Part shown: positions 34,158 to 35,874 of the stretch, in pieces
Layout of the letters: each line of letters starts with the position of its first letter
How positions within the stretch are numbered: the stretch's first letter is position 1
Assembly (NCBI GenBank): GCA_944386515.1
Contig: CALXBJ010000151.1
Span: forward strand, 1-35,874
Length of the DNA stretch: 35,874 bases
Direction of reading: 5' to 3'
From: an uncultured Pygmaiobacter sp.
Lineage (GTDB): Bacteria > Bacillota > Clostridia > Oscillospirales > Ruminococcaceae
The notes under the pieces: model-generated
What the model saw: only the letters and a program-made list of their open reading frames with translations
What the model was told of the DNA's origin: nothing
Database searches by the model: none
Made by a program: the position numbers and the translations under genes

Positions 34158-35138
34158 TCACTTCCCTTCCTTGATGTTCCGGGCGCGGGCCATAAAGTCG
34201 GCGCCTGCCTGCATCGCGTCATAGGAGGCGTCCAGCATCCGGCTGTAATGCAGGAAGGCGTGCATGATGCCGGGATAGAGCTTCAGCTCACAGGTGAAGC
34301 CCTTGTCGTTGAGCATCTCATACAGCACCCGGCTGCCGTCCAGCAGGGGGTCGCACTCACCGCTGCAGATAAAGCAGGGCGGGATGTCATAGGTCAGGTC
34401 GGCGTTCATCGTCATGTCGTAATAGGGGCTTTTGAGCTGATCCGCGCTGATATAGCCGGCATTGTAGGCGGGGGCGAGGTCCATGACGATCTCATCGACG
34501 TCGTTGCCCCACATCCGGGCGGAGACCCCCTCCCGCATATTGTAGCCGCCATAGTAGAGCAGCAGGCTGGTCAGATAGTCCTTGCCCTCCTTGAACTCAT
34601 CCCGCAGATAGAGCATCGCGGCGAAGCTGATGGTCGCGCCGGCGGAGTCGCCCGCGAGCGAGATGTCATTGCCGTCAAGGCCCCACTCGGCACAGTGCTC
34701 ATGGAAATACCGCACGGTGGTCACCGTCTCGAGGATCGGGTTGGGGAACCGGGAGGCCGGAGCAAGGATGTAGTTGACGCCAATGACGCAGCAGCCGGTC
34801 TTTTCAGCGAGGATCCGCATCACACGGCTGTGGGTGTCGTTGTTGCCCACGGTGTAGCCGCCGCCATGGGTGTAGACGAGGATCGGCAGATCCTTTTTGT
34901 CGGTGGGATAATGCAGCCGAACATTGACCTTGCCGTGGGGCCCGCCGGGGATGTCAAGCTCCTCGGTGCGAACCATCTGGGGACCGCCCTCATTCCAGAA
35001 CTTGCGCTCTTCAATGTAGTCGGTCACATAGTCGTTGACCCGCTCGCGATGGGCGGCGTTCCAAGCCCGCACCCGCTCGGCGACGGCCCGCATCTGCGGG
35101 GAGATCTTCTGCATAAAGTCATACTTGTTCTTGAGCAT
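34158..35138 (-). CDS. Alpha/beta hydrolase, HSL family (Aes-like), copy 2
   Basis: YTHGGG, AGDSAG, ECDPLLD, MHAFLHYSRML; SD AAAGGAG. Confidence 0.9.
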   Translation of the reverse strand: MLKNKYDFMQKISPQMRAVAERVRAWNAAHRERVNDYVTDYIEERKFWNEGGPQMVRTEELDIPGGPHGKVNVRLHYPTDKKDLPILVYTHGGGYTVGNNDTHSRVMRILAEKTGCCVIGVNYILAPASRFPNPILETVTTVRYFHEHCAEWGLDGNDISLAGDSAGATISFAAMLYLRDEFKEGKDYLTSLLLYYGGYNMREGVSARMWGNDVDEIVMDLAPAYNAGYISADQLKSPYYDMTMNADLTYDIPPCFICSGECDPLLDGSRVLYEMLNDKGFTCELKLYPGIMHAFLHYSRMLDASYDAMQAGADFMARARNIKEGK

Positions 35139-35189
35139 CTCGCGCGCTCCTTTCGTCTTTGGCGGCAGTGTTGCCGGGTGAAGGGGAGA

Positions 35190-35874
35190 TTACTTGCCCT
35201 GCTTGATATAGCGGGCGCGGGCCATGAAGTCGGCGCCGTCCTGCATCGCGTCATAGGCCATGTCCAGCATCCGGCTGTAGTGCAGGAAGGCGTGCATGAT
35301 GCCGGGGTAGACCTTGTACTCACAGGTGAATCCCTTGTCACTGATCATCTCGTACAGGGTGGTGGAGTTGTCCAGCAGGGGGTCGCACTCGCCGCAGCAG
35401 ATAAAGCAGGGCGGGATGTCATAGGTCAGATCCGCGTTCATCGTGGTGTCATAATAGGGGCTCTTGATATCCTTCTCGTCGATATAGCCCGGGTCATAGG
35501 CGCCCGCGCCGTCCATGATGATCTCGTCGACATCGTTGCCCCACATCCGGCCGGAGACGCCGTCCCGCATCCCGTCCATCCCATAATAGAGCAGCAGGCT
35601 GGTCAGATAGTCCTTGCCCTCCTTGTACTCGTCCCGCAGATAGAGCATTGCGGCAAAGATCAAGGTCGCCCCGCCGGAGTCGCCGGCCATCGAGATGTCG
35701 CTGCCGTCGAGGCCCCACTCGGCCGCGTGCAGGTGGAAATACCGCACAACCTCGACCGTCTCGAGCAGCTGGCTGGGCCAGCGGGCCTCGGGAGCGAGGA
35801 GATAGTTGACACCGATGACACAGCAGCCGGTTTTCTGGGCGAGAATCCGCATCACCCGGCTGTGGGTATCATTG
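35190..35874 (-). CDS. Alpha/beta hydrolase, HSL family (Aes-like), copy 3, 5' part outside the window
   Basis: Frame open to the window edge (NDTHSRVMRIL...); AGDSGG, ECDPLLD, MHAFLHYSRML; tandem paralog of 34158..35138. Confidence 0.9.
   Translation of the reverse strand, partial: NDTHSRVMRILAQKTGCCVIGVNYLLAPEARWPSQLLETVEVVRYFHLHAAEWGLDGSDISMAGDSGGATLIFAAMLYLRDEYKEGKDYLTSLLLYYGMDGMRDGVSGRMWGNDVDEIIMDGAGAYDPGYIDEKDIKSPYYDTTMNADLTYDIPPCFICCGECDPLLDNSTTLYEMISDKGFTCEYKVYPGIMHAFLHYSRMLDMAYDAMQDGADFMARARYIKQGK

Overview
Chromosomal window from a high-GC Firmicute (Clostridia, probably an Oscillospiraceae/Ruminococcaceae-like gut anaerobe; inferred from gene content and sigma-A promoters). It has about 35 genes and no CRISPR array, tRNA, rRNA, transposase, integrase or phage genes. 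Left part: XRE-membrane regulator, TIGR04076 protein, bile-salt-hydrolase-family Ntn hydrolase, Crp regulator facing an internally deleted MATE gene, TetR, YitT, a diguanylate cyclase, an aminotransferase and a NYN/OST-HTH protein. Middle: a stand-alone WbuX/WbuZ/WbuY-type N-acetyl-sugar amidotransferase operon behind a promoter-proximal terminator (candidate attenuator), a CDF transporter, an aminotransferase, a degenerate GGDEF-GAF-GGDEF-EAL protein, DedA, DUF3842, cls, DUF1292 followed by a 6S RNA, a LUD protein, and GT2-rmlA-rmlD-rmlB with no rmlC. Right 8.5 kb: a convergent catabolic cluster of three Aes/HSL-type esterases, two M20 amidohydrolases, a PatB/MalY C-S lyase, a VOC protein and MarR. 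This cluster is the best candidate for an undescribed system, possibly degrading acylated cysteine S-conjugates. All family calls come from motif recognition, not database searches.
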